64,000 nucleotides of DNA from an uncultured Planctomycetales bacterium (GTDB lineage Bacteria; Planctomycetota; UBA1135; JACQFD01), in the NCBI GenBank assembly GCA_964545855.1, contig CAZJHD010000001.1:84065-148064 (forward strand). The letters are read 5' to 3'. The notes under the pieces were generated by a model. The model had not been told where the DNA came from. It ran no database searches and worked only from the letters and a program-made list of their open reading frames with translations. How positions within the stretch are numbered: position 1 is the stretch's first letter; every line of letters begins with the position of its first letter. This document shows, piece by piece, positions 27,779 through 36,489 of the stretch. The position numbers and the translations under genes are program-made.

Positions 27779-30700
27779 CCCGTCGATCCTCCGCGAGGAC
27801 CCTGCGCGGCGCCGCGTCGGCGAATCGGAGGAAGAGCGCGGGGACGACGAGCATGTTGAGCAGCGTCGACGAGAGCAGGCCGAAGAGGATCACGATCGCC
27901 ATGGGAGTGAGGATCTCGTTGCCCGGGCGGTCGCCTCGGAGCGCGAGCGGTACGAGCGCGAGTCCGGCGGCGAGCGCGGTCATCACGATGGGCGCGAGAC
28001 GCTCCATCGCGCCGCGGCGCACGGCCTCCTCGAAGTCGCGGACCCCTTCCACGCGCTGGAGGTGGCGGATGTGCGTCACCAGCATGATCCCGTTGCGCGC
28101 GGCGATGCCGAAGACGGTGATGAAGCCGATGAGGGAGGCGACCGAGAGGACTCCGCCTGCGATCTGCACTCCGAGCACACCGCCGATCAGAGCGAGAGGC
28201 AGGTTCACCAGGACGAGCATGGAGTCCCTCAGCGAGCGGAACTGTGCGTAGAGGAGGCCCGCGATCGTCGCGACGATGAGAGCGCCGAGGACCGCGAGGC
28301 GCCTCGCAGTCTCCTCGGCGCTCTCGAACTGCCCGCCGTACTCGACGTGGTAGCCGGGCGGGAGATCGACTCCCGCGCCCACGGCTCTCCGGACGTCCTC
28401 GACGACTCCGGGGACGTCGCGCCCCGAGACGTTGCACATCACGACGATCTTCCGCTGCACGTTCTCGCGGCTGATGAAGTTTGGCGAGCGGTCGTCCCGG
28501 AGATCCGCGACGGCGCGGAGAGGCACCTTCGCGCCGCCCGGCGTGTCGACGAGCGTCTCGGCGATCGAGTTTGCCGAGACCGAGCCGACGTCGCGCAGGC
28601 GCACGAGGAGATCGAAGGCGTTCTGCCCTTCGAGCACCTCGCCCACGACCGCGCCGCTCGTCGCGAGCTGGAGCGCCAGGGAGACGTCGGCGACCTGGAG
28701 CCCGTGCCGCGCGATCGCATCGCGGTCGAACTCGACGCGGAGCGCGGGGACCTGCGCCTGCTGCTCCGTGGAGAGGTCGACGACGCCCGGAACCCCCCGC
28801 ATCAGGCCCTCGACCCGATTCCCCAGGGATCGGAGGGTGTCGAGGTCGTCGCCGAAGACCTTCACGGCGACGCTCGCGCGCGTGCCGGAGAGCATGTGGT
28901 CGATCCGATGGCCGATGGGCTGGCCGAAGGTCGCCTGCACTCCGGGGATCGCCGCGAGATCGGCGCGCAGCGCATCGAGCAGCTCCGCCCGGCTCCGTCG
29001 CGGGAGACCGAGCCGCACCGGGGCGTCCACGTCGAGTGTGATCTCGAGCTCGCTCGCCTCGACTCCCTGGACGTGCTCGTCCTCCTCGGCCCGCCCGGTG
29101 CGCCGGCCGATGGCGGCGATCTCGGGGTGGCGCATGAGAGCTTCCTCGGCGAGGTGCGCAAGCGCATCGCTCTGCGCGAGGGACGTCCCCGGCACCGTGA
29201 CGAGGCCGACGACGAGGGCCCCTTCGTTGAACTCGGGCAGGAAGCTGCGGCCCATCGTGGACGCGAGGGAGAGGCTCGACACGAGGAGCGCGGCGCCGGC
29301 GACGGAGACCAGCCATGGGTGGCGGAGGACTCGATCGAGCGGCCCGGCGTAGACCCGCTTCAGCCACGCCACGACGCGCGGCTCGGCGGCGCGCGCGACC
29401 GTCCCGCTCGCGGGCAGGAGGAGCAGGCAGAGGGCCGGCGTCACCGTGAGGGCGGTCAGCAGGGACGCCGCGAGCGCCACGCAGAACGCGAGACCGAGCG
29501 GATGGAGGAGCCGTCCCTCCACGCCGGAGAGGAAGAAGAGGGGAGAGAAGACGAGGAGGATGAGGAACGTCGCGAGGACGATCGACGCCCGCACCTCGAG
29601 GCTCGCGTCGAAGACCACGTCGATCGCCGGCCGCCGGCTCCCCGCCGGCGCGCGGCCGTTCTCCCGGAGCCTCCGGACCACGTTCTCCACGTCGATGATG
29701 GCGTCGTCGACGAGCGCTCCGATCGCGATCGCCATGCCGCCGAGCGTCATCGTGTTGATCGATCCGCCGAGAAGCCGGAGGGCGAGGACGGCCGTCAGGA
29801 TCGAGAGCGGGAGCGCGAGGAGCGTGATGAAGCTCGCGCGCCCGCTCGCCAGGAACACGAGCACGACGAGGACCACGACGAGGGCTCCCTCCAGGAGCGC
29901 GATCGCCGTGTTCCGGATCGAGTTCTCGATGAAGGTCGCCTGACGGAAGAGGTTCTTGTCGAGATGCATGCCGGCAGGGAGACGCGCATGGATCTCGTCG
30001 AGGGCGCGGTCGACGCGAGCCGTCACCTCGAGCGTGTTCGCGCTCGGCTGCTTCTGGATCGCGACGATCACGCCCGGCTCGAAGACGGGGTGTCCCTCCG
30101 GGTCGCGATGCGAGGCGGCGGCGGTACCGCGCTTGAATGCGGCGCCGAGGACGACCTCGCCGAGGTCGGAGACTCGCACGGGGACCTCGCCCCGGAGAGC
30201 CACCACGGTCTTCCCGATGTCCGCGAGCGTCCGTACCCGCCCGATCCCCTCGACGATCGTCTCCTGCGGGCCCGCGGAGAGGATGCCCGCGGCGGCGTTC
30301 TCGTTCGTCCTTCGCAGGGCCGTCGCGACCTCGACGGGAGAGATCCCGAAGGCGCGCAGGCGCTCGGGAGCGAGGAGCACCTGGTACTGCTTCGTGTCGC
30401 CGCCGATGGGAGTCACCTGGGCGACTCCCGGGACGGCGAGGAGCCTCCGCCGCAGCTGCGTCGTCGCGACGGTTCGGAGCTCGAGCGCGTCGTGACGGTC
30501 GGAGGTGAGCCCCGCGAAGAGGATCTCTCCCATGATGGAGGACTCGGGGGCGAGCTTCGGAGTCTCGACCTGGGGAGGGAGGCTCCCGGCGACGGTCGCG
30601 AGACGCTCCGCGACCGTCTGCCGCGCGCGGGCGATGTCGGCTCCCCATTCGAATTCGATCCAGACGACCGCGAGGCCGACGGCCGTTCCGGAGCGCACGC

Positions 30701-30941
30701 GCCGCACGTTCGGAGCGCCGTTCATGGCCGTCTCGATGGGGAACGTGACGAGCGTTTCCATCTCCTTCGGCGCCATGCCGTGACCTTCGACGATCACCGT
30801 GACCGTCGGCGCCGTCAGGTCGGGGAACACGTCGACCGGCATGCGCAACGTGACGGTCGCGCCGAGCGCCATCAGCAGCGCCGCGGCGAGCAGGACCGCC
30901 GCCCGGTTCGAGAGCGCCCAGCGGATGAGGAGAGTCAGCAT
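27753..30941 (-). CDS. czcA: Heavy-metal efflux RND transporter, CusA/CzcA family
   Basis: 1062 aa. The N-terminus MLTLLIRWALSNRAAVLLAAALLMALGATVTLRMPVDVFPDLTAPTVTVIVEGHGMAPKEMETLVTFPIE is a classic HME-RND sequence, and there are 12 TM segments. Confidence 0.95.
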   Translation of the reverse strand: MLTLLIRWALSNRAAVLLAAALLMALGATVTLRMPVDVFPDLTAPTVTVIVEGHGMAPKEMETLVTFPIETAMNGAPNVRRVRSGTAVGLAVVWIEFEWGADIARARQTVAERLATVAGSLPPQVETPKLAPESSIMGEILFAGLTSDRHDALELRTVATTQLRRRLLAVPGVAQVTPIGGDTKQYQVLLAPERLRAFGISPVEVATALRRTNENAAAGILSAGPQETIVEGIGRVRTLADIGKTVVALRGEVPVRVSDLGEVVLGAAFKRGTAAASHRDPEGHPVFEPGVIVAIQKQPSANTLEVTARVDRALDEIHARLPAGMHLDKNLFRQATFIENSIRNTAIALLEGALVVVLVVLVFLASGRASFITLLALPLSILTAVLALRLLGGSINTMTLGGMAIAIGALVDDAIIDVENVVRRLRENGRAPAGSRRPAIDVVFDASLEVRASIVLATFLILLVFSPLFFLSGVEGRLLHPLGLAFCVALAASLLTALTVTPALCLLLLPASGTVARAAEPRVVAWLKRVYAGPLDRVLRHPWLVSVAGAALLVSSLSLASTMGRSFLPEFNEGALVVGLVTVPGTSLAQSDALAHLAEEALMRHPEIAAIGRRTGRAEEDEHVQGVEASELEITLDVDAPVRLGLPRRSRAELLDALRADLAAIPGVQATFGQPIGHRIDHMLSGTRASVAVKVFGDDLDTLRSLGNRVEGLMRGVPGVVDLSTEQQAQVPALRVEFDRDAIARHGLQVADVSLALQLATSGAVVGEVLEGQNAFDLLVRLRDVGSVSANSIAETLVDTPGGAKVPLRAVADLRDDRSPNFISRENVQRKIVVMCNVSGRDVPGVVEDVRRAVGAGVDLPPGYHVEYGGQFESAEETARRLAVLGALIVATIAGLLYAQFRSLRDSMLVLVNLPLALIGGVLGVQIAGGVLSVASLIGFITVFGIAARNGIMLVTHIRHLQRVEGVRDFEEAVRRGAMERLAPIVMTALAAGLALVPLALRGDRPGNEILTPMAIVILFGLLSSTLLNMLVVPALFLRFADAAPRRVLAEDRRDGMEVAHA

Positions 30942-30953
30942 GTTCGCCCCCGA

Positions 30954-32606
30954 TCAGTGCGCATGGCCCGCGCCGAAGGACGCGGGCGACTGCGAAGCGA
31001 GCTTCACGACGTAGGCGCCGCGCGTCGCGACGCGTTCGCCGAGGGCGATCCCTCGCCGCACCTCCACGAGACCTCCGTCCTCGACGCCGAGCTCGAGCTC
31101 CCGCTTCTGGAAGAGCTCTCCCTCCAGCATCACGAAAGCGATGGGGAGACCCTGGTCCATCACGACGGCCTCCCTCGGGATCGTGACGGCCGCTTCGACG
31201 AGGGCCGTCGCGATCTCGAGCGACGCGAGCATGCCGGTCCGCACGACGCCGTCGGCGTTGCCCATCTCGTAGCGAACGAGGAGCGAGCGCGAAGTGGGAT
31301 CGACCTCCGCTCCGATGTAGGGCGGGGCCTCGGAGGAGCTGGCCATCTCGAATCGCCGGCCCGGGAGCGAGGGAAACTCCGCCACCGCGTCCCGCGCCTC
31401 GCCGAGGCTCGGGAGGTCGAACTCGAGGAGCCGCCCTTCGATCCACAGGCGGGAGGAGTCGAGGATCCGGACGATCGGCTCGTTCGGAGCGACCGACGCG
31501 CCGAGCACGCTCCGGACCTCGACCACGGTGCCCGCGATGGGCGCCGTCAGCGGGAACCGGCTCGCCACGACGAAGGATCCTCCCGGCACGGCTCCGCGTC
31601 TCGCGAGGAGCGCATCGAGCGTTTCCTTCCGCCGCGCCACGGCCGCGGACTCGACGCGCGCCACCTCCAGATCCTGGTCGGCGCGATCGAGGTGCTGCTG
31701 GGTGCTCAAGCCCTCCGCGCGGAGCATGGCGATCCTCTCGCGCTCGCGTTCGGCGAAGCGGAGCCGCGTCTCGGACTCGCTCACGGCGCGAAGAACGTCG
31801 AGCGCCTCCAGGTCGAGCTGGAGGTCGAGGGCCCGGAGCGACCCGAGCTCCGAGGCGCCGAGGGGCGGCTCGACGAAGCCGAGCACCTGTCCCGCCTCGA
31901 CGCGATCGCCCGTCCGCGGGAGCGCGCCGGCGGCCGGGGCCACGAGCCGACCTCCCATGGGCGAGGAGGCCACGGCCGAAGCGCCCTCGGGCACCGCGGC
32001 GCGCGCGGCGAGGGCGAGGCGCTTGCGGAGCGTCCGCGTCTCCGCGCGCGCGAGGAGCAACGACACCTTCCACTGCTGCTCCAAGAGGAAGGGGACCGCG
32101 TTCGGCGGATCCTCGCCCGCCCCGGCGGCGGCCGCGTCGGCCGCCGAAGCGTGCGTCGCGTGCACGGACATCGTGCCGAGGTCGAGCTCCTCCTCCACTT
32201 GCTCGCTCCGAACGAGGAGTCGCGCGCGGAACGTCCCGGTCTCCGGGAAGCTCCCCGTGGGGATGAAGAGACCATCGCGTGTCGGAGCGACGGCGCCGAG
32301 GGCCGACGTCCCGACTTCGAGCGTCACGCTCCCCGACCGGACCGGCTCTCCCGTCGCGAGGACCGTGACGTGCGCCAGGAAGCGCGCCGGCTCGCCCCGC
32401 ACGAGGTGCGGATACTCCAGGAACAGGAGCGCGCGCTCGCCGAAGACCGTCGCCCCGATGGGGTCGGGGGGCGCCGGAGGAGCGGCGCCCTCGGTGCGGG
32501 CGCCGTCGCCGCAGCCGACGGAGAGGGCGACGGTCGCGAGCGCGAGGAGCTGGACGCGGAGATGCTGACGAGACGGATGCTGACGAGACGAGTGCTGGCG
32601 AGGCAT
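30954..32606 (-). CDS. czcB: Efflux RND periplasmic adaptor (CzcB/CusB-like), lipoprotein
   Basis: ATG 32606 lies inside ORF 30954..33233 (codon 210). The lipobox is LATVALSVGC. It has a coiled-coil hairpin and the barrel-sandwich motifs LTAPIAGTVVEV, VLGASV and IVRILD. It ends 12 nt before the czcA start. Confidence 0.85.
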   Translation of the reverse strand: MPRQHSSRQHPSRQHLRVQLLALATVALSVGCGDGARTEGAAPPAPPDPIGATVFGERALLFLEYPHLVRGEPARFLAHVTVLATGEPVRSGSVTLEVGTSALGAVAPTRDGLFIPTGSFPETGTFRARLLVRSEQVEEELDLGTMSVHATHASAADAAAAGAGEDPPNAVPFLLEQQWKVSLLLARAETRTLRKRLALAARAAVPEGASAVASSPMGGRLVAPAAGALPRTGDRVEAGQVLGFVEPPLGASELGSLRALDLQLDLEALDVLRAVSESETRLRFAERERERIAMLRAEGLSTQQHLDRADQDLEVARVESAAVARRKETLDALLARRGAVPGGSFVVASRFPLTAPIAGTVVEVRSVLGASVAPNEPIVRILDSSRLWIEGRLLEFDLPSLGEARDAVAEFPSLPGRRFEMASSSEAPPYIGAEVDPTSRSLLVRYEMGNADGVVRTGMLASLEIATALVEAAVTIPREAVVMDQGLPIAFVMLEGELFQKRELELGVEDGGLVEVRRGIALGERVATRGAYVVKLASQSPASFGAGHAH

Positions 32607-32725
32607 GGCGCTTCCCGGGAACGAGGAGAGGTCGTGGCGATCGGCGGACGCACCCATGCGTCCGCACGCGACGATCGAGCCGGGCCAGCTGTGAAGGCTC
32701 GGTAGGCCCGGCGCCCGGGAAGGCG

Positions 32726-33271
32726 CTAGATCAGGACGGCGTGACTCGAGCGGAGGAGGGCCGCGACTCCCGAGCGCCTCCCGCAACACATCGGACGCTC
32801 TCGACCGCTCCGATCCGGTCGGGCCATGCTCCCCGTGGCCGCGAGGAGACCGAGGTCTCCCCGCGCTCCACTCAGGACGGGCGACGCCACCCGAGCGAGG
32901 TCTCGTGACGACGATGCGGAGACCGCGCGGAAGACCGGCACCTTGAGCACGAAGCCCGCAGGCGCCTCTTCTCCGTCGTGATGGTGCGCCTCGTCGTCTC
33001 CCGCGAGGCCGCCGTGCGCTCCGTCGGAGCCGTGACGATGCGCGGTGGCGTGCGCGGCCGCGTGCTCCGCACCGAGCGTCTCCGTCGGTGCGAGCGCGCG
33101 CGGCACCGGGAACAGGTGCAGGTGCCCCCCGCCCTCTCCGTGGGCGTGGAACCAGAGGGCCTGGCCGCCGATGGCGGGGCCCAGCAGGAGGGAGGGGAGC
33201 AGCGCGGCGACGAAGAACGCGCGCGCCAGGCACGGACGCAGCATCGGTCGTGTCTTCGTCAGGCGAGCCAT
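32726..33271 (-). CDS. Hypothetical His-rich membrane-anchored protein upstream of czcBAC
   Basis: 181 aa. It has an N-terminal hydrophobic segment (ARAFFVAALLPSLLLGPAIGG) followed by His clusters (WFHAHGEGGGHLHLF, EHAAAHATAHRHGSDGAHGG, EAHHHDGEE). It is co-directional with the efflux genes. I recognise no family, so it could be a spurious ORF. Confidence 0.35.
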   Translation of the reverse strand: MARLTKTRPMLRPCLARAFFVAALLPSLLLGPAIGGQALWFHAHGEGGGHLHLFPVPRALAPTETLGAEHAAAHATAHRHGSDGAHGGLAGDDEAHHHDGEEAPAGFVLKVPVFRAVSASSSRDLARVASPVLSGARGDLGLLAATGSMARPDRSGRERPMCCGRRSGVAALLRSSHAVLI

Positions 33272-33337
33272 CTCAGCCTGAGACGTACCACGCGCCGCTC
33301 GCGGCGCACAAGGATGGGAGAGGTCGCCTCCGCGGGA

Positions 33338-34660
33338 TCACGCGAGCGGCGTCCTGCCCGGCATCGCCACGGGATCCACCGGCAGGGCGCCCCACGCGTA
33401 GGTCTCCGGGCCGAGTCGCTCCTGCGACTCCAGCGCCTGCTGCCACGTGACGACGCGCCCCGTGTAGGCGGCCATGCGCCCGAGGATCGACATGAGCGTG
33501 CTGTGGGCCATGGGCACGCCGTCGTGGATCGGCTTCCCGGCGCGGATGGACGCGAAGAGATCGTCGTGCTCCGTCTGGTACTTGTTGCGCGCCTTGCCGG
33601 ACCACGTCCACGGGTTCTCGCCGGTGATCACCTCCGTCGGTCCCCAGGAGTTCACGAAGCAGGTGCCCTTCGTCCCGACGAAGTAGTCGGTGTTGTCGTT
33701 GTGGCATCCGTCGTTCTGGCGGCAGAGATGGAACGCGCGCGTGCCGTCCTCCCACTCGTAGACGATGGAGAAGTGGTCGAAGACGTGTCCCCACTTCGGC
33801 TCGGTGCGCACCTGCCGCCCGCCGACGCCATAGGCGCGCGCGGGCGGCACGTCCTGCATGGCCCAGGCGATCTTGTCGATGCTGTGGATCGCCTGCTCGA
33901 CGATGTGGTCTCCCGACGCCCACGTGTAGTAGTACCAGTTGCGCAATTGGTACTCCATGTCGGACCAACTGGGCTTGCGCTCGCGGTAGCCGAGCGTTCC
34001 CGTCAGGTAGTTGGTGTGGATCGCCTGGATCTTCCCGATGGCGCCGTCGTGGAGGCGCGCGAAGGTCTCGCGGTCGGGATCGGCGTAGCGCCAGCAGAAG
34101 CCGCTCACGAGCGAGAGGTGCTTGCGCTTCGCCTCCTCGGCCGCGGCGAGCACGCGCCGGATGCCGGGGCCGTCGACGGCCACGGGCTTCTCGCAGAAGA
34201 CGTGCTTCCCGGCGGCGACGGCGGCCTCCAGGTGCTGCGGGCGGAAGTGGGGCGTCGTCGCGAGGAGCACCACGTCGCACTGCTCGATCACGCGCTCGTA
34301 GGCGTCGAAGCCCGTGAAGCAGTGCTCCGGATCGACCTCGATGTGCGCCGCCGTGTCCTCCTTGCGGAGGTTCTCGAGGCACTTCTCGACGCGGTCGCCG
34401 AAGAGATCGCCGAGCGCGACGAGGCGCACGCCCGGATCGGCGGCGAGCGCCTCGGCGGCGGCGCCGGTGCCGCGGCCTCCGCAGCCGACGAGCCCCACGC
34501 GGATCACGTCGGAGCCGCCGACGTGCGCCGCGCCGCCGAGGAGTGCGCCCGTCGAGGCGCAGCCGCCGACGAGGGAGCCGGCCACGGCTCCAGCGGCGAC
34601 GCCCGCGGAGGTCTTCACGAATTCACGGCGAGTGCGGGTGCGCGGGAGTCGGCGGGACAT
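33338..34660 (-). CDS. Tat-exported Gfo/Idh/MocA family oxidoreductase
   Basis: The twin-arginine signal is TRTRREFVKTSAGVAAGAVAG. The Rossmann motif is IRVGLVGCGGRG. Also present: ATTPHFRPQHLEAAVAAGKHVFCEKP, with a C-terminal region typical of the PVC 'GH109-like' Gfo/Idh/MocA proteins. Confidence 0.9.
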   Translation of the reverse strand: MSRRLPRTRTRREFVKTSAGVAAGAVAGSLVGGCASTGALLGGAAHVGGSDVIRVGLVGCGGRGTGAAAEALAADPGVRLVALGDLFGDRVEKCLENLRKEDTAAHIEVDPEHCFTGFDAYERVIEQCDVVLLATTPHFRPQHLEAAVAAGKHVFCEKPVAVDGPGIRRVLAAAEEAKRKHLSLVSGFCWRYADPDRETFARLHDGAIGKIQAIHTNYLTGTLGYRERKPSWSDMEYQLRNWYYYTWASGDHIVEQAIHSIDKIAWAMQDVPPARAYGVGGRQVRTEPKWGHVFDHFSIVYEWEDGTRAFHLCRQNDGCHNDNTDYFVGTKGTCFVNSWGPTEVITGENPWTWSGKARNKYQTEHDDLFASIRAGKPIHDGVPMAHSTLMSILGRMAAYTGRVVTWQQALESQERLGPETYAWGALPVDPVAMPGRTPLA

Positions 34661-34699
34661 GGAGCGTGCGGGGGAAGGGAGTGGCTCTGGGGCGAGGCA

Positions 34700-35491
34700 T
34701 CAGGATCCGGGCTCGCAGACGATCCGGAAACCGACGAATCCGTTGTCGACGAGCCACCAGGGGCTCTTCGGGATCTGGGGGTCGCTCGCGTTCCAGGCGC
34801 GCGACTCGCGCTCGCGCGCGCGCGGGTGCACGTCGGCCGGAGCGTCGAGGTAGGAGCCGCCGCGCACGACGTGCGTTCCGTCGGGCGCGACGCACCACTC
34901 GGCGGCGTTCCCCAGCATGTCGTGGAGACCGAGCGCGTTCCCGCGCTTCGTGGCGACGGCGTGCGTCGTGCCGCCGCTGTTCCCCGCGTGCCATGCGGCC
35001 TCGTCGAGCGGCGCCCCGGCGTCGGGACCGCAGGCCCGCTCCCACTCGGCCTCCGTCGGCAGCCGGTAGCGACGTCCCGTCTTCGAGGAGAGCCACGCGC
35101 AGAAGGCGTGCGCGTTCTTCGCCGACAGGCCGATCGCCGGGAAGCCGGCGTGGCCGAAGCCGCGATCGGGCGGGATGTAGGGGCGGCTCGGACGCGTCAC
35201 TCCGTCGGCGTCGTCGGGCCGGTCCGGATCGGCGGCGTCCATGCGGTAGACGAAGACGTCGAAGAGATCGAAGGGGATCTCCGTGCGGCTCATCCAGAAG
35301 GCGCCGCCTCCCGCGCCCGCCGGGACGGGACGCATCTCGAGACGCGAGGTCGTTCCGGGGATCGACTCCACGAAGGGAGCGAGCGCGCCGTGACCGGACT
35401 CCGTGGGGCGCGTCGCCGGGCCCGGGCCCGAAGCGCAGGCGCCGAGCGACAGGAGCAGGGCGAGTGCGGTACGGTCGCGCCCGATCGGCAT
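34700..35491 (-). CDS. Formylglycine-generating-enzyme (SUMF1/FGE-sulfatase domain) family lipoprotein
   Basis: The ATG at codon 39 of ORF 34700..35605 gives the lipobox signal MPIGRDRTALALLLSLGAC. Motifs: FWMSRTEI, RLPTEAEWE.AC, GLHDMLGNAAEW and VRGGSY. ATG 35605 is the alternative start. Confidence 0.8.
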   Translation of the reverse strand: MPIGRDRTALALLLSLGACASGPGPATRPTESGHGALAPFVESIPGTTSRLEMRPVPAGAGGGAFWMSRTEIPFDLFDVFVYRMDAADPDRPDDADGVTRPSRPYIPPDRGFGHAGFPAIGLSAKNAHAFCAWLSSKTGRRYRLPTEAEWERACGPDAGAPLDEAAWHAGNSGGTTHAVATKRGNALGLHDMLGNAAEWCVAPDGTHVVRGGSYLDAPADVHPRARERESRAWNASDPQIPKSPWWLVDNGFVGFRIVCEPGS

Positions 35492-35525
35492 GGACGGATT
35501 CTGTCGGATCGCACCAAGGGCCGCC

Positions 35526-36467
35526 ATGGCGGCGACGATGGCGCTGCTCGCGGCCTGCGCGTCCGCGTCCGCGCCGCATCGATTCGAGTTCCAGCGCGTC
35601 GCCATGGGCGTCGACGCGCGGATCGTGCTCTACGCGGAGGATGGAGAGCGCGCCCGCGACGCCGCCGAGGCCGCCTTCGACCGCATCGCCGCCGTCGAGG
35701 ACGCGCTCAGCGACTGGCGTCCGGCGAGCGAGCTCTCGCGCCTCGGCGACGGCGCCGGCGGGGACGCGACGCCCGTCGGACCCGATCTGCTCGACGCGCT
35801 GCGGCGCGCGCGAGAGATCGCGGAGGCCTCGGACGGCGCCTTCGATCCGACGGTGGGTCCGGTGATCGCGCTCTGGCGCGCGTCGCGGAGGACGGGCGCG
35901 CTCGCCGAGGAGCACGCGCGCGCGGTGGCGCGAGACCTCGTCGGCTGGCGGCGCCTCGAGCTCGATGGCGGCGCCGGCACCGCGCGGCTCGCCACGGCGG
36001 GGATGCGCCTCGACCTCGGCGGGATCGGCAAGGGGTTCGCCGCCGACCGCGCCGTGGAGACGCTGCGGGCGCGCGGCGCGCGCCGATGTCTCGTGTCGCT
36101 GGCGGGGGACTTCGTGGCGGGAGATCCGCCGCCCGACCGCGACGCGTGGATCGTCGCGCTCGGACCCGGGTCGCCGGAGCCTGGCCGCCGCGTGCGACTC
36201 GCGCGCGCCGCCGTCTCGACGTCGGGCACCGCCGAGCAGTGGGTCGAGATCGACGGCGTCCGCTGGGCGCATCTCGTCGATCCGCGCACGGGGCTCGGTC
36301 TCCGCGAGGCCGTGTCGGCGACGGTCGTGGCGGCGGACGGAGCGACGGCGGACGCCCTCGCGACGGCCTTCTGCGTCGCGACGCGCGAGCAGGCGGCGGC
36401 ACTCCGGGCCGTGTTCCCGGAGGCGTGGGTGCTCGTCGGGCGGCAGCGCCCGGGAAACGGGGTCTGA
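35526..36467 (+). CDS. apbE: FAD:protein FMN transferase (ApbE family) lipoprotein
   Basis: The start at MAATMALLAAC (lipobox) lies inside ORF 35403..36467. Motifs: MGVDARIVLYA, SELSRL, GAFDPTVGP, LDLGGIGKGFAADRA, VSLAGD, STSG and HLVDPRTG. The stop TGA lies inside palindromic element C. Confidence 0.85.
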   Translation: MAATMALLAACASASAPHRFEFQRVAMGVDARIVLYAEDGERARDAAEAAFDRIAAVEDALSDWRPASELSRLGDGAGGDATPVGPDLLDALRRAREIAEASDGAFDPTVGPVIALWRASRRTGALAEEHARAVARDLVGWRRLELDGGAGTARLATAGMRLDLGGIGKGFAADRAVETLRARGARRCLVSLAGDFVAGDPPPDRDAWIVALGPGSPEPGRRVRLARAAVSTSGTAEQWVEIDGVRWAHLVDPRTGLGLREAVSATVVAADGATADALATAFCVATREQAAALRAVFPEAWVLVGRQRPGNGV

Positions 36468-36480
36468 CCCCTTTCCCGGG
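36449..36480. repeat. Palindromic element C (32-bp minimal copy: CCCGGGAAACGGGGTCTGACCCCTTTCCCGGG)
   Basis: It shares the CCCGGGAA..GGGGTC(A/T)GACCCC arm sequence with element B. It lies between the convergent apbE and PHP-hydrolase genes, and the apbE TGA (36465-36467) is the centre of the core. Confidence 0.75.
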
Positions 36481-36489
36481 GCCGCGTCG

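Noticed and set aside
26995-32705. Giant ORFs of 1890 aa (26995..32667, minus) and 1648 aa (27759..32705, plus) spanning the efflux locus
   Set aside because: Their translations are extremely Arg/Gly/Pro/Ala/Asp-rich with no motifs. The same DNA encodes CzcC, CzcA and CzcB in another frame with unmistakable family signatures. Stop-poor alternative frames are expected at >70% GC.
34700-35491. Functional link between the FGE-like gene and the sulfatase-like gene at 50347..52584
   Set aside because: The sulfatase-like protein has Thr, not Cys or Ser, at the formylglycine position, and the two genes lie 15 kb apart in different operons.
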